Of a stretch of 64,000 nucleotides of DNA, positions 23,504 to 33,192 are shown in pieces. The first letter of the stretch is position 1. Every line of letters begins with the position of its first letter. A program made the translations under genes and the position numbers. The DNA is from Bacteroidales bacterium. Its GTDB lineage: Bacteria > Bacteroidota > Bacteroidia > Bacteroidales > UBA1715. The notes under the pieces were generated by a model. It searched no databases. It had not been told where the DNA came from and worked only from the letters and a program-made list of their open reading frames with translations. Location: contig JAZRVS010000129.1 of the NCBI GenBank assembly GCA_045599365.1, positions 1,684 through 65,683 on the forward strand. The letters are read 5' to 3'.

Positions 23504-24978
23504 ATTTTTATATAAAATGTAACGTTTGTGTAAAAGTTATAACTGTTAATATTATTTGCGTTGCTACTGCTGGATTGTGGTAAATAAGGTCCTTGATATT
23601 GAATCTTGACATAGCCATTTCCAGCAGTTCCAACTGCTGGATTTCCAGAATAAGTTGCTGCCCAAGAACCAGCTCCATATCCACCATAAACAGATGCTCC
23701 ACCATCAAAATGTAAACCTGCTTCTTTGTAAGCGTTTGCGCCACCACCTACGTTTCCATTTATGTTTGTTGTAACATAACTTGCAGATGTGTTCAATATA
23801 ACAGTACCACCTGTTCCAACAAAGAAATTCAAATTATTCAAATCACGAGCTCCACCAAAGCCACGTGTTCCACCAGTGCAACTAATTAGATTTCCAATTG
23901 AGCTTGTTCCACCGTCAGTTGAACGACACGTTCCGTCGCCACTTGAATTTGAAGCTCCACCTTCTCCAACGACAACTTGATATTGTCCAGCTGGAATATA
24001 AATCGTCCCAACAAAAGCAGCTCCAGAGCCACCTGCAGCACAACCGTTCCACCAGTGAGAATAGTTACGAGAGAAAGCATAACTTCCACCACCTCCACCA
24101 ACTACTTGAACGTAATAATAACCAGAAGTAGCGATGTCTAATGTATAAGTTCCACTTGCACTGTTGCTTTCAAATAAAACTGTTCCAGGTGTGTTTGAAA
24201 AATAACTTGGGGAATCTGGAATACGCATTCTGCAAGAATTATCCCAATCTGCAGAAGCTGTCGTTTTAGTTATTTGAACACCTTTTGTGGAATAAAGAGG
24301 CAAATTCGGATTTTTCCAAAGCGTTTCAAAAAGAGATTTATATGAGTTTCCAATATAAGTTGCTCCAGATGTTGAATTTCCACAAGTTAAATTTGTAGCT
24401 AATTTAAGAAAACCGTTTTTTCCATTTTTATTGAAACTTGTGCAAATATCTCCAGACTTAAAAGGAGCGTCTGTGATTAAAGATGAAACAAACTTGTCTT
24501 GAGTTATGCTTCTATTTTCAAGCTCGTTTATTGAAATTGAATTTTTCTTTGACAAACCTTTTAAGCCTAATGTGTTATACAAATTGGTGGTTTGCATTAA
24601 CGTATTTTTAAAATAGTCGGTGAAAGTTTTTACAATTCCGTTTGAAACAAAACATTGTGTTGTAATTCTTGGCGAACCAAATGTTGACAAGTTTTGATTT
24701 AATGGTTGAAATCGTCCTTCAATTTGATTTCTTGTCAGATAACCAGACGAGTAATCAATTAAAAGTTTCCATTGAGCATTTGAAGAAAAATAAAGCTTTT
24801 TTTGTGATACATTGTTCCAACACCAGCCTTCTTCTGCATTTTGTGGAGCTGTGTCACCTGACATTAAAGTCATAGCTGTCAAATCACGATTTAACAGAGC
24901 AATCAAACCTTCGTCAATATAATCTGTTGAAACAAGTGATTTGAAACTTTGCATTATAATTTTATCCTTAAATAACAA
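23500..24978 (-). CDS. tail fibre protein with C-terminal glycine-rich domain
   Basis: N-terminus paralogous to ORF 24954-25760 (LLNRD...FPQ/APQ...Y/FQPLN.NL). The C-terminal ~200 aa are rich in GG/GGG strings (VVGGGGGSYAF...GNGYVKIQY). Confidence 0.75.
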   Translation of the reverse strand: MLFKDKIIMQSFKSLVSTDYIDEGLIALLNRDLTAMTLMSGDTAPQNAEEGWCWNNVSQKKLYFSSNAQWKLLIDYSSGYLTRNQIEGRFQPLNQNLSTFGSPRITTQCFVSNGIVKTFTDYFKNTLMQTTNLYNTLGLKGLSKKNSISINELENRSITQDKFVSSLITDAPFKSGDICTSFNKNGKNGFLKLATNLTCGNSTSGATYIGNSYKSLFETLWKNPNLPLYSTKGVQITKTTASADWDNSCRMRIPDSPSYFSNTPGTVLFESNSASGTYTLDIATSGYYYVQVVGGGGGSYAFSRNYSHWWNGCAAGGSGAAFVGTIYIPAGQYQVVVGEGGASNSSGDGTCRSTDGGTSSIGNLISCTGGTRGFGGARDLNNLNFFVGTGGTVILNTSASYVTTNINGNVGGGANAYKEAGLHFDGGASVYGGYGAGSWAATYSGNPAVGTAGNGYVKIQYQGPYLPQSSSSNANNINSYNFYTNVTFYIKI

Positions 24979-25760
24979 TTATTTAAAAGTGAAGCACGAG
25001 TCGGAAACTTCAACACTTTTCCACCACTCCAATCTGCGTCAGCTGAAGAACCCTTGCTTGGAGTAATTGTTACGCCAGAAAGTGACCACGCCATTTTAAA
25101 AAGATTTTGTGCGTTTGCGTTTTTATATTGAGCTGACGAATTTGTGTTTCCTATTGTGTAATCGTAGTTGACCCAACCTGTTTCAACTGTCGGATTTGAT
25201 GTTTCTTTTATATCGCCAGTTGTAAAAATTTCAGATGTTGTAACTGGAGTGAAAGCCAACTTATCAACGGTGATTGTATTGCTGTTTATGTCAGCGTTTG
25301 AAATAGTGTCTTTTAAAGCAAGTGAACCAAGACCGAGTAAAGAACGAACAGCAGCTGCGTTTGAAGCCGTTAATAAAGAATTTCCTAATTGTGTCAATGT
25401 GATAGTTGACATTTCGTTTGATTTTACGAAATATGGTATTTTATTTTGTCCGTCTGAAATAGCAGATAAAGCAGTTAAATTTGAGTTTAATGGTTGATAA
25501 CCGTTTTCAACTTGTGGTTTTGTTAGAACACCCGATGAATAATCAAGAACAAGAGTCCAAGTAACTGGATTTAATGACGTTAATGTATAAATCGCTTTTA
25601 AATCAGTGCGATTTACAATTCGTCCAATCATATTTTCAGTTAATTTTTGAGGAAAAGTCGTTCCAGAAGAACAAGAGAGGACAGTTTCATCTCTATTTAA
25701 AAGAGGTGATAAACTGTCCTTAATTGTCATATTTAATGTGACACTCTCAAAATTATCCAT
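24954..25760 (-). CDS. tail fibre protein (short paralog)
   Basis: Shares the N-terminal ~100 aa pattern with ORF 23500-24978. Different C-terminus. Confidence 0.7.
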   Translation of the reverse strand: MDNFESVTLNMTIKDSLSPLLNRDETVLSCSSGTTFPQKLTENMIGRIVNRTDLKAIYTLTSLNPVTWTLVLDYSSGVLTKPQVENGYQPLNSNLTALSAISDGQNKIPYFVKSNEMSTITLTQLGNSLLTASNAAAVRSLLGLGSLALKDTISNADINSNTITVDKLAFTPVTTSEIFTTGDIKETSNPTVETGWVNYDYTIGNTNSSAQYKNANAQNLFKMAWSLSGVTITPSKGSSADADWSGGKVLKFPTRASLLNNCYLRIKL

Positions 25761-25929
25761 TTTTGTTCCTTGATGTCACAGAAAATTTTTCTAACCAAAT
25801 TTGACATTTGCCAATAAAAGCATCGTCTTTTGGAGTAGGAGTTAATTTAGCAATAAAAGTTGCGAATACGACAAGCCCACCTAAAGCTGTCAATAAATCG
25901 TCTGAATAAGAAATAATTGTATCAAACAT
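25753..25929 (-). CDS. small single-pass membrane protein (TPTPKDD motif)
   Basis: Trimmed to MFDTIISY... with an AGGTG RBS. TM segment LTALGGLVVFATFIAKL followed by TPTPKDDAF. Confidence 0.5.
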   Translation of the reverse strand: MFDTIISYSDDLLTALGGLVVFATFIAKLTPTPKDDAFIGKCQIWLEKFSVTSRNKNG

Positions 25930-25951
25930 CTCACACCTGCCTTTCAAAATC

Positions 25952-25980
25952 ATTTTATCTAAAAAATAAATTTAAGTCAA
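25952..25980 (-). promoter_or_regulatory. sigma70-type promoter for the - strand fibre pair
   Basis: The minus strand reads TTGACT (25980-25975), 17 nt, TAAAAT (25957-25952). Confidence 0.55.
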
Positions 25981-25990
25981 GTGATATTGC

Positions 25991-26019
25991 TTGACAAGAC
26001 TATGTTTAAATGATATTTT
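25991..26019 (+). promoter_or_regulatory. sigma70-type promoter for the + strand fibre cassette
   Basis: TTGACA 25991-25996, 17 nt, TGaTATTTT 26011-26019. Back-to-back with the minus-strand promoter. Confidence 0.55.
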
Positions 26020-26038
26020 TTAAACAAAGGAGTTTGGT

Positions 26039-26377
26039 ATGATTTTAAGTAAAGAAATTATTGAATTAAGACGTGGTGATGACTTGGATTTTGCAGGTAC
26101 GAATCACAAAATTGAAATTGAAACAGATGAAGAAAGTGGAATTGATTTAAGCACTTGGAAAGCGATTTTACAAATAGCTCAAGTAAAACACGTTTTTGAA
26201 GATTTATCTGACAAAGTAATTCCTATTGAAATAAGCAAAGAAGAAAGTGAAGACTTACCACTTGGAAATCAGTTGCTCAAAATTAAATGTATTGACAGCG
26301 AACACAAGTATGGGACAATAGAATTTGGAATTAGATTTTTAATTAAACCGAAAGAGGTGGACAATGTCAACTTATAA
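26039..26377 (+). CDS. hypothetical protein (fibre cassette)
   Basis: AAGGAG RBS. First ORF of the + strand cassette. Confidence 0.55.
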   Translation: MILSKEIIELRRGDDLDFAGTNHKIEIETDEESGIDLSTWKAILQIAQVKHVFEDLSDKVIPIEISKEESEDLPLGNQLLKIKCIDSEHKYGTIEFGIRFLIKPKEVDNVNL

Positions 26378-28943
26378 AATAAAAATCGGAGAAGGTAAAT
26401 CAATCTCTTTTACTTTGCGAATTGCTACTTCTGATTATTCAAAATTAGATAATTTACCAACAATTAACGACGTTGTTATCAAAGGAGATTTAACAAGCTC
26501 CGATTTAGATATGTATTTGAAAAGCGAAGTTGACGATAAAATTAGCGAAGTAGCTGATTCAGTATCTGACTTAAATGACGAATTACAAGAAGAAATTTCA
26601 ACAAGACAACAAGTTGATACAAATTTATCTGGAAGAATTGACGAAGTAGCTGGTTCAGTATCTGACTTAAATGAAGAGTTACAACAGGAAGCAGAAACAC
26701 GTCAAGAACAATATGATTCAATAAACAATAAAATACCAGCGGAAGCAACTTCAGAAAATAAGTTAGCTGACAAGCAGTTTGTTATTGATAGAACAACTTT
26801 CACGCAATCACAATTAGACGCTATCAATTCTGGTGCAACAAGTGTCAAGATTGATAGAATTGAAGACAACGCCACGAACATTGAAAACTTAACCGATAGA
26901 ACAACGCAAGCCGAAGCTGATATTCAATCACTTAATTCAAGCAAGCTGGAAGTTAGCAATATTAAAGCAGGTGAAAATATCACTTTGTCTATTGAGGGAA
27001 ATAACATCACAATTAATGGCGAACAAGGTGGTGCAAGTTCATTTAGCGAATTAAGTGGTAGCCCATACGATAACACCAACTTGGCAAATGCTTTAAATGA
27101 AAAAGCGAGCGAAGAAGATTTACAGCTTGTTAATGATGATTTAGCACAAGTTCATATTGATTTAGCAAGTAAAGCCGAAGTATCAGCGTTAAACCAGACA
27201 AACGAAAACTTGTCAGCATTGACTGGCGATGTTGAAAATCTTGCTGGCGAAGTTGAAAATAAGCAAGACAAAATTAGTGATTTAGAGGAAATAAGAACAA
27301 ACGCTCAAACAGGTGCAGATTTAGCTCCACAAGTCGCTGTCAACACTCAACGAATTGAAGATTTAATTATTAATAGATTGCCGAACGTTATTTATAACGG
27401 AACTCCTACAATTATCGGCTCACAAGTTAGCAATTTTTCTGCAACGAATTATTTACAATTCCCTTTTACCGATATTTCCAAAGGAAACCCTTTTAGATTT
27501 AAGTTCAGTTTTACAACTGGTTCTGACGTAACGACACAGCAAAACTTCTTGGATTCTCGCTTCGGTATTGCTATTGCAATTAAGGACGGCAAAGGTATTA
27601 TGGCGTTATCAAGTAACGGCACAAGTTGGGATATAGGAAGCATTACAGGCACAAATACGTTATTGCCACGCACGACATATTATGGGTTGTTTGAATATAC
27701 AGGAACAGAATATACAACGGCTTTGTCACTTAACAAAGATGAGTATATACCTGATATGAGAGTTACGAGTAATAAGAAAATATTTATAACAACAACTTAT
27801 ATTGGTGGAAGTCCTGATTTGTTCGGACCAAATACAGCACACCCGTTTGGTGGAAGCATTGACTTTTCTGATAACATTGTTGAAGTGTATGTAGATACAG
27901 CGTGGACAACAATTTGGTTAGGTATGGCTGACGTGGGTTTAGCGTCACGTGCTAACGTGTCATTGACTAACGTTGATGAAGTCGGGCAAGCGAAGTTTGA
28001 TGCAAAAGCCGATAAAGACGACACTTACACTAAAACCATTGTTGACGGCTTGTTGAACGCAAAAGCAAATCAAAGTGATTTAGAAGAAACAACGGCAATA
28101 GCAAAAGGCGCTCAAAAAGGTGTATCTTTTAGCAATTATCAAAACGCCGTACAAAATATCAATTCATACGATTATGACAAGTACATTATTGGACAATCAG
28201 TTTATATTATCACGAAAGAAGTGCCTGATTTATGGATAAGTGCTAAATATGAAACAAGTGTGCCGTATGTTTATACAACTGATGACGCTATCGTTGAAGC
28301 GTTAAAAACAACGGGTGTAGTGCGTTTTGGTCGTTATCAGTTATCGCCTTTGGAAACAGATAAAATTGACTTATCTGAGTATCTTAAAAAAGACGGCGAT
28401 GAAACCCATAATGGGAAATTAACAAACACAGGCATTGTTGATATTTCAAGTGGTGCAGGGTCAGGTTCTTTGGTTTTGGGAGCAGACGTTAATGCGACGA
28501 CAAGAACGACAAACACAAGAAAAATCGGAAGAATTGTCGCACCGACACAAGAGGGTAACTTGTCAACACCAGCCACAGTATTGACTTTTGATACGCAAGG
28601 AGATTCAAGCTCAACAATAGGACAAACTGGTACAGGTATTTATAACAGAGTTGAGTTTGGTGGACGTTTAGGTTCAACAACGACAACCTCGCCTGACGGA
28701 ATGGCGTTTGCTGTTGCCAAAGTGCATAACGGCAAACAAACCAACCAAAAAGTGTACGCTCTTGAAATGGACGCTAATCAAGCTAGATTTAACGTGCAAC
28801 CTAATTTTAATGGCGTGAATCTTTTAACTACCAATGATATTGTAATCAAAGGTGTTCAACAAAATGGCGTTGATTTAATTCCTGATACAAACGGCAAAGT
28901 AAATGTTCAAGCTACTATTATAAACATTATTGAGGACGATTAA
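26364..28943 (+). CDS. tail fibre protein
   Basis: N-terminal DYSKLDNLPTINDV fibre motif. ~96-nt direct repeat (26546 and 26642) encoding EVA.SVSDLN.ELQ.E. Long coiled-coil region. Confidence 0.8.
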   Translation: MSTYKIKIGEGKSISFTLRIATSDYSKLDNLPTINDVVIKGDLTSSDLDMYLKSEVDDKISEVADSVSDLNDELQEEISTRQQVDTNLSGRIDEVAGSVSDLNEELQQEAETRQEQYDSINNKIPAEATSENKLADKQFVIDRTTFTQSQLDAINSGATSVKIDRIEDNATNIENLTDRTTQAEADIQSLNSSKLEVSNIKAGENITLSIEGNNITINGEQGGASSFSELSGSPYDNTNLANALNEKASEEDLQLVNDDLAQVHIDLASKAEVSALNQTNENLSALTGDVENLAGEVENKQDKISDLEEIRTNAQTGADLAPQVAVNTQRIEDLIINRLPNVIYNGTPTIIGSQVSNFSATNYLQFPFTDISKGNPFRFKFSFTTGSDVTTQQNFLDSRFGIAIAIKDGKGIMALSSNGTSWDIGSITGTNTLLPRTTYYGLFEYTGTEYTTALSLNKDEYIPDMRVTSNKKIFITTTYIGGSPDLFGPNTAHPFGGSIDFSDNIVEVYVDTAWTTIWLGMADVGLASRANVSLTNVDEVGQAKFDAKADKDDTYTKTIVDGLLNAKANQSDLEETTAIAKGAQKGVSFSNYQNAVQNINSYDYDKYIIGQSVYIITKEVPDLWISAKYETSVPYVYTTDDAIVEALKTTGVVRFGRYQLSPLETDKIDLSEYLKKDGDETHNGKLTNTGIVDISSGAGSGSLVLGADVNATTRTTNTRKIGRIVAPTQEGNLSTPATVLTFDTQGDSSSTIGQTGTGIYNRVEFGGRLGSTTTTSPDGMAFAVAKVHNGKQTNQKVYALEMDANQARFNVQPNFNGVNLLTTNDIVIKGVQQNGVDLIPDTNGKVNVQATIINIIEDD

Positions 28944-31900
28944 TGGCAAGAATACCCGACACATATCAAGAGGTTGAATATTTAAGAGGTACTGGAACGC
29001 AATATATCCGTACGAGTTATTTTGCGACTGGAAACACAAGCATTAAAATTAAATTCAGAGTTAATGAATTGAAAGGTTACGGTATCTTTGGTTCTCGTGA
29101 TACCACGACACCAACAAACGCTTATTTAATGTGGGGTGCAGGAGCAGGATTTTGGCGTGCACAATACGGTAATCAAAACTTTGTTTCGGAAATAGAACGT
29201 GATACCGAGTGGCACACTTGGGAACAACGGAAAAACGCTTGCTTTTTAGACGGTAAGTTGTTTTATACTTTTGAAAAACAGACGTTTCAAAACTCATACG
29301 AGCAATTATTGTTCGGTATCGGAAGTAGTGCGACTACTATAACTGGCTTGTATGTTGCAAAAAATGACATCGGCGTTGTGGAATATTGGGAAAATACCGA
29401 ATTAACAATGCAGTTAATTCCTTGTTATCGCAAAGCTGATAAAGAGGCAGGATATTACGATACTATTTATGACGAGTTTTTAACAAATGCAGGAACAGGC
29501 AAGTTTGAAGTTGGTCCTGACGTTTTATACGAAGACGAAGTACAAGAAGTTGAATATATTTACGGAACAGGTACGCAATACATTGACGGTGGAGTTATCG
29601 GTAAAACTGGCGAATATAAAATACGGACAAAGATAAGAACAAGCGATAACATATCGGGCTTGCAATCTATTTATGGCGTTAGAAAAGATAGTGGAAATAC
29701 TCGGTTTATGCTTGGTTTTTATACATCAAGCAATCAGATAAAGTTTGACTTCGCCATTAACACAGATAACTTTGGACAAGTTGTTTCTAAAAATACCGAT
29801 TATGAGTTTGAAGCAGATTATACAACTGACACAAGAACATTGAAAATTAACGGAGTTGTAAATATAACCAGTAGTGATTCATTGGACACAGGTGGAAATA
29901 TTTATATATTCGGTTATAACCGTATGTGGCAACCTGTGTCACAAATGACTTCGTTCTTCGTTGGTCGTATGTACGAGTTTGATATAATTGATAAAAACGG
30001 AAAAAGCATTTTATCATTAAAGCCTGCCTATCGTAAATCAGATAATAAAACAGGAATGTATGACAGAAAAAGAAAAGTGTTTTTTCCTAATTTAGGAGCA
30101 GGAGAGTTTTTACTTGGAGAAAACGTTTATCGTAAAGATTTACGTATGATTTATTGGCAGGGTGCTAATTCTCAACCTTTACCAAGTGAATATCAAGCAG
30201 TTGAATACGTTGAAAGTGCAGGTGCGTCAACAGACACAGCTAACACACATTCAATAGATTTAGGTTTTAAAGGAAATCAAGACACTGTTATGAATTGCAC
30301 TGTCGCAATGCTGAATAGTCCTAGACGTGTGTTCGGTAATAATACAATTTCAAGTAAAGCGATAACGTTATGTTTAGCAAGTTCAGGTAGCGAAATAAAT
30401 CGTTTTGGTACAAACTCGGTAACAGGTGCAATTCCTAGCACTTTGAAAATGGGCGAGTTTCAAAATTATACCGTTGATAAAAATGGCATTTATTGTGACG
30501 GACAACAAATTGCCGAATATTCGCCAGTTAGTTTTGAAACTGACGGAAACTTGAGATTTTTAACTATTGGTGGTTATGCACCAAATGTCGGTGTTTTAAG
30601 AGTTAAAAATTTTGAAATTGTCGGTAAAGTCAAGCTACAGGCTTGCAAAAGGAAAACTGACAATGTTGCAGGATTTTACGACTTTGTTTCAGGCGAGTTT
30701 AAAACTTGTGACGGATTAACTGCAGGGAATGACATTTATTATAAACAACAAATAAGATTTTTTTATACAGAAGCAAGTACGACAAAATTGCCTAATGAAT
30801 ATCAAGAAGTAAATTATATCAGTGGAACTAGCTATAATAGTTATATGGTTTCCGATTACAAGGCAAGTAGTAATACTCGTGTTGTTGTTGAAGCACGACC
30901 AAAAGGCAATGGTGGCTGGCTATTCGGAGCAAGAAGTGGTACAGGTTATACTGACTCATTTTCTTTAATGTTCGCTGCAAACGCTACTTATCCTCAATTT
31001 GGAAACGACGCTCAAACAATTGAAAGAGGATTTATTGATGGTGCAAAACATACGTTTAAACTATCGCAAGACGGTTTCTTCGTTGACGATGAGCAGATAA
31101 CAACATTTATGGCTCAAACATTCCAGTCTACCCACAATCAGTATTTGCTATGTATGAACAATAATGAAGTTAAAGCAAATGGATTTATTGGTGATGTTTT
31201 TAGTGTGAGATATTACGAAGGAAGCCAACTCGTTCGTGATTATGTACCATGCTATCGCAAGGCTGATAATGTTATTGGCTTGTATGACATAATCAATGGA
31301 AAATTCTGTGTCAATGTAGGAACGGTCAATTATGAAAAAGGTCCTTGTGTGCATATACCGAGTGAATATCAAGAAGTTGAATATATTGAATCTGACGGCA
31401 ACCAATACATAAATACTGGATATACAGGTAACATTGACACCGAAGTTAATTATCACGGAAAATTTTTGAGTGCGACAGGTACATTTTTTCAAATATTCGG
31501 AAACAACGTAACAAGCAGTAGAGCGTTAACTGTCAACTTAAATATAACTGGTAACGCAGCGACAAGCCGTTTTGGTAATAAAACAGCGTCAATGTCGTAT
31601 AGAGTACCAGCAGACGCAGAAGTTACATTAAAATTAAACAAAAACGTTTTCGGCTACATTGACAACAAAGGATATTTACAAGCGTCGCCGATTGACGCAA
31701 CAACATCTTTCACCACAAATGGAACACTTCATTTAATGTTTGTCAATGGTGACTCTTATAAAGGTGCTTCTCAATTTTATGAATCAACAATAGTTCAAGC
31801 TGGAGTTGTTGCTCGTAAATATAAACCTGTTTATCGTAAGGCAGACGGTGTTATCGGAGTTTATGACGTTATAACAGGAACGTTCTTGACAAATGCGGGA

Positions 31901-31963
31901 ACAGGGACATTTACTAAAGGTGCAGATGTAAAAAATAGAACAGTTAGATTTATTTATGTGTGA
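28943..31963 (+). CDS. tail fibre / receptor-binding protein built from five ~200-aa tandem modules
   Basis: The YQEVEY(I/L) motif occurs at nt ~28961, 29541, 30188, 30797 and 31363. Each module ends in P(C/A/V)YRK(A/S)D...G.YD....F..N.G.G.F..G. Confidence 0.75.
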   Translation: MARIPDTYQEVEYLRGTGTQYIRTSYFATGNTSIKIKFRVNELKGYGIFGSRDTTTPTNAYLMWGAGAGFWRAQYGNQNFVSEIERDTEWHTWEQRKNACFLDGKLFYTFEKQTFQNSYEQLLFGIGSSATTITGLYVAKNDIGVVEYWENTELTMQLIPCYRKADKEAGYYDTIYDEFLTNAGTGKFEVGPDVLYEDEVQEVEYIYGTGTQYIDGGVIGKTGEYKIRTKIRTSDNISGLQSIYGVRKDSGNTRFMLGFYTSSNQIKFDFAINTDNFGQVVSKNTDYEFEADYTTDTRTLKINGVVNITSSDSLDTGGNIYIFGYNRMWQPVSQMTSFFVGRMYEFDIIDKNGKSILSLKPAYRKSDNKTGMYDRKRKVFFPNLGAGEFLLGENVYRKDLRMIYWQGANSQPLPSEYQAVEYVESAGASTDTANTHSIDLGFKGNQDTVMNCTVAMLNSPRRVFGNNTISSKAITLCLASSGSEINRFGTNSVTGAIPSTLKMGEFQNYTVDKNGIYCDGQQIAEYSPVSFETDGNLRFLTIGGYAPNVGVLRVKNFEIVGKVKLQACKRKTDNVAGFYDFVSGEFKTCDGLTAGNDIYYKQQIRFFYTEASTTKLPNEYQEVNYISGTSYNSYMVSDYKASSNTRVVVEARPKGNGGWLFGARSGTGYTDSFSLMFAANATYPQFGNDAQTIERGFIDGAKHTFKLSQDGFFVDDEQITTFMAQTFQSTHNQYLLCMNNNEVKANGFIGDVFSVRYYEGSQLVRDYVPCYRKADNVIGLYDIINGKFCVNVGTVNYEKGPCVHIPSEYQEVEYIESDGNQYINTGYTGNIDTEVNYHGKFLSATGTFFQIFGNNVTSSRALTVNLNITGNAATSRFGNKTASMSYRVPADAEVTLKLNKNVFGYIDNKGYLQASPIDATTSFTTNGTLHLMFVNGDSYKGASQFYESTIVQAGVVARKYKPVYRKADGVIGVYDVITGTFLTNAGTGTFTKGADVKNRTVRFIYV

Positions 31964-31971
31964 GGTGTTAA

Positions 31972-32205
31972 ATGGATAAATTGGATATTGTAAAAACGAG
32001 TGAAGAAAAGTTTAAAGGTTACACTCCTGATAAAAACAAAATATTTGCCGTTAAAATAGCTTTTTCTGGGAATGAGCTTTTGTTCATTGATGAAAATGGG
32101 GTTGTAAAAGCGACTAATGATTTAAGCTTTATAGCTGGATATGACGCAAGTCAAACTCAAACATTAAAACAAATTAATGGAGTGTTGCAATGGGTAAACG
32201 GTTAA
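31972..32205 (+). CDS. hypothetical protein (possible fibre accessory or chaperone)
   Basis: Small ORF immediately after the fibre gene. Confidence 0.45.
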   Translation: MDKLDIVKTSEEKFKGYTPDKNKIFAVKIAFSGNELLFIDENGVVKATNDLSFIAGYDASQTQTLKQINGVLQWVNG

Positions 32206-32333
32206 AACAAGCGCAACGGATATGTGCAAAGGTTCAGGTTAAATTAACAGTTGACAGGAAAAAACTAACGCAAGCTGATAAAAGGGCTTGGAATGTAGCA
32301 ATTAAATATATTAACGAAAGCAGGCAAAGATGA
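32190..32333 (+). CDS. possible 47-aa basic sORF (below cutoff)
   Basis: Hand translation MGKRLKQAQRICAKVQVKLTVDRKKLTQADKRAWNVAIKYINESRQR. ATGA-coupled to ORF 32330. Confidence 0.35.
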   Translation: MGKRLKQAQRICAKVQVKLTVDRKKLTQADKRAWNVAIKYINESRQR

Positions 32334-32875
32334 GAATTATTTTAAGTTTATTATACGGTGTTTTTAGACGGATGTTTGGATCAAGTGGTTGGCATATACC
32401 TTTTTTAGAAAATCGTTTTGTTCAGCACATTTTCGGCTATTTAGTCGGTGTGTTATCTCTGTTATTATGCAATTACAAAGATTGGCAAGTGTTACTTGTT
32501 CCGATTGTTATTCAAGGGTTATTTTGGGCACCTGCTGTTGGAATGTATCAAGACATCGGCAGAGCAGGACAACCAGATGAAAAAATGGAAAAAAGATATA
32601 ACGCAATTTGGTATAATCGCTTTTTAAATAGGTGGTTTGGACGTTATAAATATTCTGACTTGTACGATTTTGTCGGCTTGACAATCAGATATACGTTGCC
32701 TGCTTTATTGATTGCGATATTGCTTGCTAAACCTGTGTTTTGTTTTACAGGCGTTGGAGTAGCTTGTATATATGCATTTATGTGGAAATTGTATGATTAT
32801 CAATATACCAAAGAGCCGACAGAATATGCAGAGTTTATCAGTGGCGTATTTTTTGGTTTAATGCTTGTATTTTAG
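32330..32875 (+). CDS. polytopic membrane protein
   Basis: At least four hydrophobic segments, for example FGYLVGVLSLLLC, VLLVPIVIQGLFWAPAV, LPALLIAILLAKPVFCFTGVGVACIYAFMW and ISGVFFGLMLVF. Confidence 0.6.
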   Translation: MRIILSLLYGVFRRMFGSSGWHIPFLENRFVQHIFGYLVGVLSLLLCNYKDWQVLLVPIVIQGLFWAPAVGMYQDIGRAGQPDEKMEKRYNAIWYNRFLNRWFGRYKYSDLYDFVGLTIRYTLPALLIAILLAKPVFCFTGVGVACIYAFMWKLYDYQYTKEPTEYAEFISGVFFGLMLVF

Positions 32876-33192
32876 CGAGCTGAATTCTTTAAAATAGCTA
32901 GGATTGTATCAAACTTATCTTCAATTCGTTTTGAAACGTTGTCATTGTTTTGTTTGATTGCCCGAAGTATGTCTTCTTTAAATGTACGGAAATCTTCTTT
33001 TGTTGCGTATGATGCAATTTTTCTTTCAATTTCATCTGTGAATTCTTCAAAATCTTTCTTACTTGCTTTTTGATATAATAATCCATAACAAGTAAATAAC
33101 CCACCAGCTAATGCAAAAAATGCTTCAATAATATATTTTTCCATACGTTTCCTCACTGATTTAGTTATAGCGAAACTTTTGTTAACTGTCAA
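32872..33192 (-). CDS. N-terminal TM plus charged helical tail (holin or i-spanin-like)
   Basis: TM segment IIEAFFALAGGLFTCYGLLY, then a K/E/D-rich helical region. Last gene of the late arm. Confidence 0.45.
   Translation of the reverse strand: MTVNKSFAITKSVRKRMEKYIIEAFFALAGGLFTCYGLLYQKASKKDFEEFTDEIERKIASYATKEDFRTFKEDILRAIKQNNDNVSKRIEDKFDTILAILKNSAR

Noticed and set aside
23500-32205. Invertible fibre segment (Mu G / P1 C type) or diversity-generating retroelement acting on the fibre genes.
   Set aside because: I recognised no serine invertase or reverse transcriptase ORF anywhere in the window. I saw no long inverted repeats flanking the + strand cassette and no template/variable repeat pair.
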